A stretch of 64,000 bases of DNA. Source: Lama glama (lineage: Eukaryota). The position numbers and the translations under genes are program-made. Shown piece after piece: positions 52,216-64,000 of the stretch. The notes under the pieces were generated by a model. It saw nothing but the letters and a program-made list of their open reading frames with translations. It made no database searches and was not told the DNA's origin. The stretch lies in contig CM052817.1 in the NCBI GenBank assembly GCA_028534125.1, positions 42,968,001 through 43,032,000 on the forward strand. The letters run 5' to 3'. How positions within the stretch are numbered: position 1 is the first letter of the stretch; each line of letters starts with the position of its first letter.

Positions 52216-52475
52216 CTTAATCCAGGATAAACATGTTGGAATTTAGGGGCCCCTGAAGCCAGCAGTGAGTTTATTAGAATGCATTGAACTCTGGGGGATT
52301 CTCAGATCATCTTTAGTGAATAAAGGCTCTGGGGATAAACTTTAATTGAGAATAAGGAATGTGGGAGAGCCCTGAAGATACTCCAAGTGAATAGGGATAG
52401 CAGCTGGCGGCTAGGACCGAGTCAGACTTGTCATCTGTGCTCAGGGATCTGCTGGCGCCTGAGAACACTGCTTTT

Positions 52476-52660
52476 CAGTAGTTTCCAACCTTTAGTGAAG
52501 GAAAGAATCGATGCTGTTTCTTGTAAATTCTCCAGAGAATCTGGTTCTATAGTTCTGAAAAGGAGTGGGTCTAAGATTTTGCTTTTTTTTTTTTTCTTAA
52601 CAAACATCCCCATGACTCAGATGCAGATGATCAACAGACCACACTCTAAGAAGCACTGCT
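52476..52660. mobile_element. MER5-like hAT DNA transposon
   Basis: 'cagtagtttccaac...aacaaacatccccatgactcagatgca...gaccacactctaagaagcactg'. Confidence 0.75.
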
Positions 52661-52952
52661 GTACCTAAGGGTCTGATGAAAGAGGGAAAAATTCCACAAC
52701 TCTGAGATACAAAACCCTAAACATTTCAAAAGTGTACCAGAAAATCAGATACTGTCACTGGATATGACACACTGACGTGCCAGAACCGCACACAGAGCTG
52801 CAGGGGTAAAAACATTTTGCACATTTGCCCAGAAGCATCAAGAAAGTGATGTAAGCTTAGAAAAGTGTTTTTGTAAATACCCGGCGATAGCAATAAAGAA
52901 ATTGCTATTTCTGGACATGCTGCTAATTCGGCTTTACGCTTCCATCCTATAC

Positions 52953-53115
52953 CCACATGTTTCTGAAGGGCTGGACTCGGCACCAGCTATGGCCACATGA
53001 CGGAAGGAAAAGCTGAGCCCCAGGTGGAGGTGAGTGGGGCTGATGAACGGCGCCTCGGCACGGGAACCAGCTACATCTGACCAGTTGTTTCCTGAGCTCA
53101 GCCACACTACCCACT
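52953..53115 (-). other. Candidate exon in a locally CpG-rich patch
   Basis: Minus strand: CTGAC branch-like motif plus TTGTTTCTCTGTTTTCAG| acceptor; the donor (TGG|GTATAG) is weak; no recognisable peptide. Confidence 0.2.
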
Positions 53116-53721
53116 CTGAAAACAGAGAAACAAGTCAGAAATGAGGTTGACAGGGCAGTTCAAAAGGAGACATAAGAAGAGGAGAGAAGCTTTTCATCCA
53201 TCTTCGGAGCTGAAGTTTGCCTTTAAAAATAATGTTTTTCAGTTTTCCCAACGAAAATAGGACAATGAGTTTTCTTCTTCTGGGCTAAAGATAAGGTAAA
53301 ACCGCAAAGCCATTCAAAAACCATGTGAACTTAATCACTTAAGGTTTCTTTTTTTCTTAAATTTTTTGAATCTAACTTTCTAACAGTTGGGCTGATTCAT
53401 ATTTAGAAATTTCAGTTCAAATACAGGAAATAAGTTGATCTTTTTTTTTAACCAACTTTAGAATCACTGGATTCTCAGCCGTCTGGGTATGAGGCTCAAG
53501 TCAAGGGCGCAACGATTAACATTCTGCAGGAAAGGAGTGACACCTGCAGGAGGACTGTGTCACTACATGGTAGAATCCACAGCAATACTCAAAAATCAAG
53601 CAATTCGTCAGTGCACACATTACACACTCAGTTCGTTGCCTGGCATACGACAGACTCTTAACAAAAGATGATTGTCGCTTGTGTGATGGTGATGGTGGCT
53701 GTATATCCTTTTGCAATGCAT

Positions 53722-53995
53722 TTCTTTTTTAACATTTTATTGTGGTATGATTTCTGTAAACTACACATTTCAGATGTACAATCTGATGAATTCTGATAGA
53801 TGTATACACCAGTGAAACCACCAGCACCATCTAGATAACTAACATTTCCATCACTCCCCGAGAGGTATAAATTTCAAATTCCCAATTTGTCCCTTCCCAC
53901 CCCTTTTACTCCCTGGTAACCCTAAGTTTGTTCTCTATGTCTGTGAGTCTAGTCTATTTCTGGTTTATAGATAAGTTCATTTGTGTCCTTTTTTG
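53722..53995 (-). mobile_element. Chimeric L1 3' end: young-L1 3'UTR piece fused to an L1MB-like tail
   Basis: 53730-53865 resembles 15365-15505; 53870-53995 resembles the L1 UTR at about 54300-54415. Confidence 0.75.
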
Positions 53996-54104
53996 GATGA
54001 AAAGGGTCAGAGGCTATTCAAATTATTCAGATCATTCTTCTGTTTTTGATAGAAATGCTTCCAGACAGATAAGTCTGTCTTGTTTTTTTTTCTTTTTTTG
54101 ACCT

Positions 54105-55332
54105 AGTTATTTTTATTTTTTTATTGAAGCATCGTTGATTTACAATGTTGTGCTAGTTTCTGGTGCACAGCATACTGATTCAGTTACATATATTCTTTTT
54201 CATTATAGGTTATTACAAAATATTGAATATAGTTCCCTGTGCTATACAGTAGGACATTTTTATTTATTTATTTTACATACAGTAGGTTTGTATCTGCTAA
54301 TCCCAAACTCCTAATTTATCCCTCCCCCTTCCCTTTCCCCTTTGGCAATAAGTTTGTTTTCTATGTCTGTGAGTCTGTTTTGTAAGAAAGTTCTTCATTT
54401 GTGTCATTTTTTTTAGATTCCACATACAAGTGACATCATATGATATTTATCTTCCTCTGTCTACTTACTTCACTTAGTATGACAGTCTGTAGATCTTCCC
54501 ATGTTGCTGCAAATGGGTATTATTTAATTCTTTTTATGACTGAGTAGTATTCCATTGTATAAATATACCACATCTTCTTTATACAGTCATCTGTCAATGG
54601 GCATTTAGGTTGCTTCCATGTCTTGGCTATTGTAAATAGTGCTGCTATGAACATTGAGGTGCATGTATCTTTTCAAATTAGAGTTTCCTCTGGACATAAC
54701 GCCCAGGAGTGGGATTGCTGGATCATATGTCTATCTTCAGTTTTTCAAGGAGTCTCTATGCTGTTTTCCATAATGGCTGCACCAAACTATATTCCCACCA
54801 GCAGTGTAGGAGGGTTTGCTTTTCTCCACACCCTCTCCAGCACTTATTGTTTGTGGACTCTTAATGATGGACTTTCTGACCTGTGTGAGGTGATACCTCA
54901 TTGTAGTTTAGATTTGCATTTCTCTGATAATTAGCAATATTGGTCATTTTTTCATGTGTCTATTGGCTATTTGTATGTCTTCATTGGAGAATTGCTTGTT
55001 TAGGTCTTCTGCCCATTTTGGGGTTGGGTTGTTTGTTTTTTTGTTACTGAGTCGTATGAGCTGTTTGTGTATTCTGGAAATTAAGCCCTAGTCAGTCACA
55101 TCATTTGCTAATATTTTCTCCCATTCTGTAGATGTCTTTTTGTTTTATTTATGATTCCCTTGGCTGTGCAAAAGCTTGTAAGTTTAAATAGGTCCCATTT
55201 ATTTATTTTTTGCCTTTATTCATATTGCCTGGATAAACTGCCCTAGGAGAACACTGCTATGATTTTTATCAGAGAATGTTTTGCCTGTGTTCTCTTCTAG
55301 GAGGTTTGGTGGTGTCTTGTCTTACGTTTAAG
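54105..55332 (-). mobile_element. Young 5'-truncated L1 (~1.2 kb, ORF2 C-terminus plus 3'UTR)
   Basis: 'ttattgaagcatcgttgatttacaatgttg...ttggctattgtaaatagtgctgctatgaacattg...gctgtgcaaaagcttgtaagtttaaataggtccc'. Confidence 0.95.
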
Positions 55333-55849
55333 TCTTTAAGCCATCTTGAGGTGTTTGGTTTGTTTTTTTTTTTTTTTTCTTGAAGTACTTCTTGATCTGT
55401 CCTCTTGGCCATTCTTCAAGCTGGTGTTTATTTAAAATTCTGGGCTCTATCAGTGGTGATTTTGTATCTAATAGCATTTAATTATTAAAAGAAAATACAT
55501 TAATCTAAATTAAGAAACACATCTTCACTTAGTTGAACTGAATTGTACTGAATGTACATTCATTACCAAGAAAAAAGAAGTCAAGAAATAAGAAGATAAG
55601 GACTTATGTCCCAAGATATCAACTTTTTCATTGGGATATAAATTATTTTTCTTTATATTAGTATCTACCCCCAATCTTAAGAAGGCCCATTGGCAGACTG
55701 TACCAACCAACCTTGAATATTTCCTTGGATCTGACTGATTTGTTTACTTACTCTTTCAAGTCTCTTCAAAAACATGAACAAAATGTATAAATAAGCCTTG
55801 GGAATTTATTCCTCAGGAAAATAAAAATGCCCTAGGAGAAAGGAAATGA

Positions 55850-56080
55850 ACATTATTGATTGATGCCTTTTCTACAGTAGACAGTTTGTATGTGTTATCT
55901 TATCTGATTCTCTTGACAGCCCTGTAATGTCATGTAGTTTGTTTAGAATGATCTTCACCTAACAGATGAAAAAAATAAAAGCCAGGAGAGATTGTGTAAC
56001 TTGCAAGTAAGTGATGTGGTCCAGATTCAGCCCCATGTCCATCTGGGTCTAGAGCACATGTTCCTTCCATAATACCTGAA
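55850..56080 (-). mobile_element. MIR SINE
   Basis: 'ttatcttatctgattctcttgacagccctg...aacagatgaaaaaa...gtaacttgc...gattcagccccatgtccatctg'. Confidence 0.65.
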
Positions 56081-56599
56081 AAAAATGTATTCTAAGTGCT
56101 GGGTATGAATTTCAAACAAAAAGACTCAGTATGACATAAGAATGTTACCAAGTTGTACCAGCTTTATGGTGTCCAGTGAAACATCAAAATAGAAAGAAAA
56201 TTTGAAGGGACTTGTTACACATTAATGGTACATTAGTGATGAAACTATGCTGATCATCTGTGGGGGCTTTTATATGTAATTTTTAAAGTGCAGCCATTTA
56301 GAGATTAAACCTTATAGTGCAGTGTCTGTACAACATTTGTGAGAAATCTAACCTTGCTATTGCTATAAACAGTTTAGGATAAAAAACCCTGACTCCTAGA
56401 GTAACGAAGAAGCTTATCACATTTAAGCTTTATTGATTTCTGCTGTGCAGTATGTTACAGTGTATTTAGAACATCATTCTTATGGCTAATATAATTGTGC
56501 AATTAGTAAAAACAGATTTATTTGATCCCAATATTAACTCTAAAGATTTTGATGTAACATTATTTTCTCATTCCTTTATTTAGTAAAAATTTATTGTAA

Positions 56600-57260
56600 A
56601 ATAGTATGGTGTTCTGTATAAAACTAAGCATGCAACTGCCATAACCATGACCCAATAATTGCATTTGGGGGCATTTATCCCCAATAAATGAAAAAATTTA
56701 TGTTTGCACAAAAATCTGTACTCTAGCATTCACTGTAGCTACATTTGTAATAGCCCCAAACTAGAAATAACCCAGATGTCCTTCAACAGGTGGCTGGTTA
56801 AACAAATTGTGGTACATCCATACTATGGAAAACTATTCGTCATCAAACGGAAAAAATTATTGATACATGAAACAACCTGACTGAATTGCCAGGGAATTAT
56901 CCTGAGGGAAGAAAGCCAACTCCAAAAGGTTACATACTATATGATTCCATTCAGATAACATTCTTGAAATGACAAAATTATAGAAATGGAGAACAGATTA
57001 GTGGTTGCCAGAGGTTAAGGCAGGAGTGAGAGTAAGAATGTAGCAGGTGTAACTAAAAGAGACCACAGGAGAGATCCTTGTGGTGATGAGAACATTCTGT
57101 ACCCGCTGGTGTCAGTGTCAGTATCATGACTGTGCTGTTATACTACCGTGTTACCACAGGGGGAACCTGGGTAAGGGTACAACTCTATTATTTCTTATAA
57201 TTTCATGTGAGTCTACAATGATCTCTGGGGAAAAAGAAAGTTTATTATAAAAGAAAAAGG
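56600..57260 (+). mobile_element. L1MC1-like 3' end
   Basis: 'aacaaattgtggtacatccatactatgg...gaaatggagaacagattagtggttgccagagg...gatccttgtggtgatg...gggggaacctgggtaagggtac'. Confidence 0.88.
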
Positions 57261-57289
57261 AACTACAAACAGAATAAAGATTCCTCAAA

Positions 57290-58555
57290 GGACAGTAAAT
57301 ATCTACAAAAAAGGAAGATAATTCCACTGCAGTGTGGTCAATTCAATTCTGCAGTTTGCATAGATGCCAAGGAGACACAGAGGAAAAGAACTGAATCTGT
57401 ATCTAGAATAAGGGTATGTGAAGTTTCCCAGAAAAGGTGATACTGCAACAGAGCAGTGAAAAATTAGTAGGAGTTATTCTGGCAAAGAAAGGGGAGAAGT
57501 TGGAAAAGGGCATTCCAGCCAGAGGGAGCAGCATGTATAAAGGTAAGGAGGTTGGAAATAATGTGGTGACTTCAGGAATCTGTAAGTAGTTTGGTATGTC
57601 ATATGTCTGGTAGGTAAGGGGGCTGGGAGAGAAAAGGCTCATCTCAATCCTAAGGCAGGTCTAGGTCTCGAGGTAGATTATTTTAAAGGGCTTGAAGGAC
57701 ATCCTGTAGCGTATAGCTAGGCATTAGAGGTTTGCCTGTCTCTCTGTTTATAGTAGTAAATAAGACTTAGGTTTTAAAGGGCATGGAAATGGAGATTGAA
57801 TTGTGAGTTGAAGGTAGGGAACAAAGGTAGCTAGTGAGATATGATAAGGATTTAAATGACAGCCATAAAAACAGGAATGGAAAAAAGGGTGGATTTGGGA
57901 GATTTAACAGAGACAGAGTCGAATCCAACAGTATATGGTGACTGTTAGAATGTGAGAAGGGAAAATGAGGGAAGAATCCAGGGCATAACTGCAAATGAGT
58001 AGGACTAAGATGCTGCTCTCCAGCCCAGAGCAGACATCCCTAATTAATAATGATACACTTTACAGCTCAAATCAACTCTCCCAGGAGCCACTATTTAGCC
58101 ATCAGGATTAGCAAATGAGTTGTATTTATTTTCCACCTCTTAACTTAAATGACCTGAATTTCTATATGGGTGGTGATGCTATCCATAAAAATGGGTGAAA
58201 CAAGGATTGAAGAGAAAAATTTTGAATTTCGCTTGATGTGTTCCTGAGTTGGAAGGTCATGAGAGACATTCAAGTGGAACTATGTAATGAGAAACTGGAT
58301 ATTTGGGTGTATCAGATGGAAATCTGGGAACCAGTAATAGTAAATGCAGAAATTAAATTGTAGGAATCAAGACATTTACAGTCTAATCACAGTATGTAAA
58401 GGGACAATAAAAAGAAGATCAAGAGTATAACCCCTAAAAACATGAGTATTTATGCAACAGACAAAAGAAGTGACCACAAAAGAGACTAAAATAGTATGTT
58501 AAGAAAAATAAGAAAACCAGGAAAGCATGGTTACTGAAACTGAGGAAGGAAAGAC
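57290..58555 (-). mobile_element. L2 LINE (continues at about 59227-59320 and 61200-62500)
   Basis: Purine-rich antisense L2: 'gggcattccagccagagggagcagcatgtataaagg', 'gagagacattcaagtggaactatg'. Confidence 0.75.
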
Positions 58556-58563
58556 AGGGAAAG

Positions 58564-59222
58564 TGAAATGGAGCAGGACCCTAGGGGGCCTTCCCAGGAC
58601 AGACCCACACCCCGTGTCCTCTGCCTGAGTCTGTAGAAAAACTTTAGTCAAAGAATAAGTTTAAGAAGTGAAAAAAATGCAAAAGCAAAGGAAAGCAGTC
58701 AAACAAGACCAAATAATAGTAGTTTAGTCATCAAAGTCAAGGACCTTTAGTTCCTCCTCAAGGGCTATAGATAATACTCTGAGCCGTATCCTTTGAGCTG
58801 TCCTGTAGGTACCGAAACCCCACCAGGTGGAAGAAGTTAACTACACGATGACCAGACCGTGGCCACGACACAAGCTGCCACAATTCCGAGAACTGGCCTC
58901 AAAGAAATGGGAACAAACCGATTCTGGAAGTAAAGATTATCTGTACTTAAAACAATCAAGATGATGCTGACCAGACCATCGCATGACTAATTTCAGGATG
59001 ACTGTCAGAGCTGACTGTGCTGTTCTACATTTAGTCCCCTCCCTCCACCTATACGCCCCTGAAACTTCCCTTTATAAGCTCTTGCCCACTGATCAGCAGT
59101 GGACAGTTGACTTCCAGATACTTGCTGGCCTCCGGAATAAGGAAAACTTTCCTTTCTACCAACACTTGCCTCTGGAGTATTGGCTTTTAAGCGATGAGCA
59201 GCAGGACCTGAGTTCAGGAACA
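58564..59222 (+). mobile_element. Lineage-specific ERV1-class solo LTR (659 bp) with 4-bp TSD
   Basis: TG...CA ends; TSD aaag at 58560-58563 and 59223-59226; TATAA at 59073; AATAAG at 59136; many CpGs retained. Confidence 0.88.
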
Positions 59223-59339
59223 AAAGTGGTCAGCAATTAAGGGCTGCAGATGAGTCAGTAAGATAAGAACTAAAAAGAACCTACTGACAGAGACTGGAAA
59301 AATGGTGATGGTGGTGACCACAGATTTTGGATCCAGCTC

Positions 59340-60191
59340 AATACAGGCTGATCTCATCTTAAAATCTTAGTTGCACTGCAAAGACCATTTTTCCAAATAA
59401 GGTCATATTCACAGGTTCCAGGAGGACACATCATTTTCTGCGGGGGAGAGAACACCATTCAACCTACTACAGCGTGATCAACTTGCAAAATGCATTCGCC
59501 ACAGGCCAACAGTCACAAAAGTCTCAACTCATTACAGCATTAACTCTAAGTCTTCCTCTCCTATCTCTTATGAGGACACCAGTCATTAGATTTAGGGCCC
59601 ACCCTAAATCCAGGATGATCTGGAGATCTTAATTACATATGCAAAGACCCTATTCAAATAAAAGTCACATTCAGGGTGTCAACTGAAATAAAAAGCACAA
59701 TTTCAGAGCTAAGAGTTTTGGTTTTATTTGAGGACTTACTAGGGACTACTGTCCAGGAGACAGCCTCTCAGATAGCTCTCTGGAACTACTCTGAAGAGGT
59801 AAGCAGGGAGGTCAGTATATACTTGCAGAAGGGGTACATGCAATCAAACACACATTTCTGTAGAAGGTTACTGCTATGAGACACAGTTATCTTAGTTAAT
59901 GATTTTAGTACTTTTCTAAATATGAAAAGATACAAGAAATCAGATTCATAAAATTTTTACCCGGAAATACCTGACTATCTGAAGGCTTATTCTGCCAGCT
60001 TTACCAGAGCAGAGTGGCTCAATCCTGACCTCCACCTGAACTCCTTTCAGCTGTGTGGAAGGTCAGCCACTGCAGTGGCCAATGACTCAGTCCTCATAGA
60101 GCCAGATGGTGAGCAACATCTTTAGTTGGCAGGGGTCCTGGAGGTTAGGACTTGGGCATATCTTTTGAAGGCTACAACTCTTCCCACTACA
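59340..60191 (-). mobile_element. MLT1 remnant (LTR piece, short internal piece, LTR piece) split by an LTR
   Basis: Two copies of the MLT1 'gcaaagacc...tccaaataaggtcacattc' segment (about 59378-59410 and 59641-59672) flank MLT1-int-like 'aaaagtctcaactcattacagcattaactctaagtc'. Confidence 0.75.
59677..60131 (-). mobile_element. ERV1-class solo LTR nested in MLT1
   Basis: Ends tgtcaact...agttggca (imperfect inverted termini); near-TSD aggg/gggg; the MLT1 sequence resumes immediately after. Confidence 0.8.
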
Positions 60192-60219
60192 AGGGCTTTT
60201 TTGGGAAATGATTGATTAT

Positions 60220-61200
60220 AAATCTGGAGCAATAATTGTGCATGATGAGCCAGGAACACCTGGACACACCAGAGAGAAAGAAGCTATCCAACACTACTAC
60301 GGTCTTAAGAACTCAGAAGCCAGTTTGAAGAGGCTCCCACTGACCAAAGATGAAATAATTTGAATATCAATGAAAAAATACCTGCAATGAATTGAAAATG
60401 ATCAAATATCTTCAAATTCATGAGTTCAAAGTAATTTTTTAAGTTGAATCAGTTACCTCATGAAGATAACAGGGAAGCAACTTGCTATCTTGAAACCTAG
60501 GCAAATAAAAGAATAAAACATTTATCTTGCTCTTGCCATATGAACTGTACCATTGGGTAACCAACTAGTAGATGAGAAGCATCAACCTATGAAAATTACT
60601 CCAGTTAACATAGGGAAACAAAATGATAGATTTTATTATCACTATTTTGCAACCGCCATGAATTAATGGAGCTAGGTATCAAACATCAATGGATGGTAAC
60701 ATCAAGAAAGGAAAAAAAAGACATAATTGCCTCCATATGAAAGAACACCCTACTACTTATCCTTTTGCCAAAGGGATCAAACAGAGGTCTGATCAAGCCT
60801 CTGGACCTTGCTACCAATTTGCAGAAGACAGAGGACAGAGTGACATATTGATTATCATGATTCCATGAACAGCTGAATCCAGACTGTGAGAAATACTATG
60901 AGTTCTTTCACAGATAAATTGTAAGCAAGAAAGGAATAGAAGAGAAACTGTACATTTTAAAAAGGACTTAAAGATATATCAAGTTTTTTAAAAATGGGCA
61001 GACTAAAATTACCATGTCACAGGGTACACACGTGGATAACAAAACCATCAGGAGACTCAAGGTTACTTCTGGAGAGAGGGTGGGGACTGTGATTAGTGTG
61101 GGGAACCTGAACAGGATAGTGGAGTAGCTGGCAAAGTCCCATTTTGTTGCAGTTTATTTGTTTGGACCTCTATTTTTATTATACAATGAAGAAGATTTCG
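60220..61200 (+). mobile_element. L1MC/MD-type 3'UTR
   Basis: 'gaagaggctcccactgaccaaagatgaaataatttgaatatcaa...ttcatgagttc', 'tctgatcaagcctctggacc'. Confidence 0.75.
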
Positions 61201-62500
61201 TTTAAGTGTCTATTGAGCTAACATTATTGACCAAAAAACGTTTCAATAGAGCTGTAGAACAGAAGTTCAATTACCATGAGATAAGGAACAAAAGGAAAGC
61301 CAGAAAGGGAGACAACAAATGTCCACTACTGTGTCTAGCAGTGTGGCAGGAAGGGGAGGAAAGAGATAAAGGGTTAAGGATAACACAGAGCAGAAAGAAA
61401 GGTTTTCCCTTTTCTCTTTGCTTGTTTGCTTTCAAATGAGTGAGATGCGAACATATTTATGTGCCACAGGGAAAGAAGAAACATAGAGGGGAATGCTGGA
61501 GATACATCTGAGAGAAAGACCATTGACAGAGCTGGATCCACAAGGAGAAGAAAGGGAATAAGATCAAGAAAACAGCTAGCAGGTTGATCTTAAGTCGGAG
61601 GCTTGAGAGGTCATTTGTACCAGGACAAAGGAAAGGAAACAAAAGGTGGGCTTTATTTTGGGGTGAGCTTATAGTGGAGGGCTAGCAGCAGAAAGTTGAA
61701 GTTCCCACACGCTGACCTGTGTGTTCTCTGTGAAAGAGGAAGGGGAGACCTGCTAGTGTAAGTAGTGGGTCGGGGTCTAAGGTAACCAGCAAATGTTAAA
61801 ATATCCAAAGCGGTGTTGAAAGTTCCATAGAGATTGTAAACTGAATTTGTGGAGATACCAGGTCATGCCATTTTGTCATTTTCTTCAGCAACTTGGGTGC
61901 AGAAGTAAAGAGCATACAGTTAAACTGACGAACTGTTTGTCGTTCATTGTTCAGATTAGACTAATTAGGCAGGAGAGTTGAAATCACTGGCAAGGAACTG
62001 GTTGTGGTGATGGGGAAGGAAAGAAGGAGGGTACTGATAAAATGGGGCCAAGGGTCGAGACAACTCCAAGGCTTAAGAGACTGAGTGAATAGAGATTTAG
62101 GGATAAACACAGATTTTAAAGGAAAGATGATGAGTTCATTTTTAATATTTCAGGTTCCTACATCCAGTTCTATATGTGAATACAGATGCACAGATAGGAG
62201 ATCTGGCTTGAAGCTACAGATGGTGAGTCATCAGCTTAAAGATAGTACCTAAAACCACAAAAATATACAGATTAAAAGTAGAATCTATTTTTTAAAAAAC
62301 TGAACAATCCTGAAACACACTCTGGTTTAATTGTCAGGTAGAGAAACAGCAACTATCAAAAGCCCCTGGAATGGACAGGCCAGAAAAATAAGGGAAAAAT
62401 CCACGTGAATATTGTCCCAAAAGTCTAGAAAGGAGTGTTTAATGGGGGAAGTGGTTAAAATGTTAATTTGCTGTGTAGATTTGCAAAGATGATTATCTAA
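61200..62500 (-). mobile_element. L2 fragments
   Basis: Purine-rich antisense L2-like text, e.g. 'ggaaagatgatgagttcattttt...ggagatctggcttgaagctacagatggtgagtcatcagc'. Confidence 0.55.
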
Positions 62501-64000
62501 AAGATGCCTTATTCATCTTTGTTTTCTGGGACAAATGTGTGGCACATAGTTGGATCTAAATCAATGTAAACTTCTATGCTTTGTCCATTCCAATACCTGC
62601 AAGTCTCACTCCAACACTGTGTTAGAGTTATTTTTTAAAAATGAAAAAATAATATACAAGAATGAAGGAGGGGAGGGATGGGAAGGGTAAAAATATCTCA
62701 CTCACCCCAAATGCTCCATGGAGCCATCCCATGTCACTCCATCCCAGATCACTTAAGGTCCTCCTACAAAATAAGACACAATCTGAGTGACCCCAAACCT
62801 CCAGTGTCTGTGGGATACAGACTGACTCACAGCAACAGTAAAAATTCATTTCCTGGCTCTTGGGCCCACGTAAAACAATGTAAGACTTCCAACAGCTTGA
62901 GAATGTCCTACCCCTCACCAAAGTGTATTAAACCCAAGATGTGTCTCACTGGTGCTTATGATGAGATTCTCTCACGAGCTCTTACTGGGCGGTTCAGTTC
63001 CCCAGCCTGTCACTTCAAGGGCACTGAGGTTTCTGCTAGATGCAGCTGTGGATCCCTCACCGTGTTATACCACTACCAGGCACACCCCTGAAGTCTTGTG
63101 TCAAGCATCAGGGCTAAAGAACCCTCAAAGTGCCAAAAGTCCATGGCTATCTGTGGGGAACCGTGCCCTCTCCCCTTTGGGTGTCATCTGTCAGAGGTGC
63201 CCCAAAGCAGTGTTCCTCCTGTTTCCACTGCCTTACAGACCTGAGTGGAAGAGTTCTTTCCATTCTTTTTACTCATAGACCTCTTTTTCTCTCTAGGACT
63301 TAGAAATGGGTTGCTGCTATATCCATTTTTTCATATTTGTCCATTTATTTCATAAGTGGCAGGGGCAGGGGGCGGTTAAGTGCTCAGTTTTAGAGTGCTT
63401 AATTTAAAAATTAAACCACATAAATGAATTAGAGAGAACTGACTTGGGTTATAAGTTATTGAAGTCAGTTCAGAAGTCATTTTGCAACAGGTTCCATGAA
63501 AATCAGAGCAGTTGCCATTCTCAGTTCTCTGTCTCTGATGATCTCTGGGCATTTTTCTACTTCTGTTTCAAATACGAGATTAAAAGCTCTCTCCCCACAT
63601 CTTCAGGCCAAATTCCCAAGAAAGAAACTGACTGGTCAAGCTAATTACCATTGCTCTTGCAAGACATTTGTGACAGGACATCTCATGGGCCACTTATCCA
63701 CCTTTGGGTCAGCGGTGGCCACAAGGTAGCCTCAAGTGGCACCAGCATGAATACATGCAGAAAGAGCCTCCCAGAAGAGGTCTATGGGCATGGCAAGCAT
63801 TCTCAGGCATGATCTTCCTCCACTAGGAAATAAGAATTCCTATACACAGCAATCTTCAGCAGAGCTAATATACTGGGCACACAGTAAGTTCTCAAATAGT
63901 TTTAGTGTCATGACTTAAAAAAAAAAGACTCATTTCCTTTACATGACATCTAAGTTCATTTAGGATATATCTCAATTCATCTTTCCAGTTCTATTTATTA

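Noticed and set aside
62678..63278. 137-aa and 108-aa + strand ORFs
   Set aside because: No domain similarity or coding-like composition; lengths within chance expectation.
1..64000. CRISPR arrays, operons, tRNA/rRNA/snRNA genes, CpG-island promoter
   Set aside because: None seen; the sequence is mammalian non-coding DNA with no regularly spaced repeats or recognisable RNA-gene motifs.

Overview
Eutherian mammalian nuclear DNA, AT-rich and CpG-depleted, that reads as a large intron or gene desert. No protein-coding gene, RNA gene or processed pseudogene can be supported: all listed ORFs are 137 aa or shorter and fall in repeats, low-complexity or unrecognisable sequence. Much of the window is transposon debris: MIR, L2, old L1M fragments, MaLR (MLT1) and ERVL LTRs, hAT MERs, younger L1 3' ends and two ERV1-type solo LTRs. 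The young L1 tails are of Cetartiodactyla type and I saw no Alu/B1/Bov/PRE/SINEC-type SINEs, which suggests a camelid (inference). Repeat families were recognised by eye from remembered consensus sequences, so subfamily names and boundaries are approximate. The most notable structures are: a 111-bp, 108/111-identical inverted duplication inside an ancient L2; two copies of an apparently chimeric L1 3' tail; an old ~170-bp local duplication near the left edge; several repeat-free enhancer-like blocks (best at 13950-14360); and a few isolated exon-like segments. I found no evidence for a novel multi-gene system.
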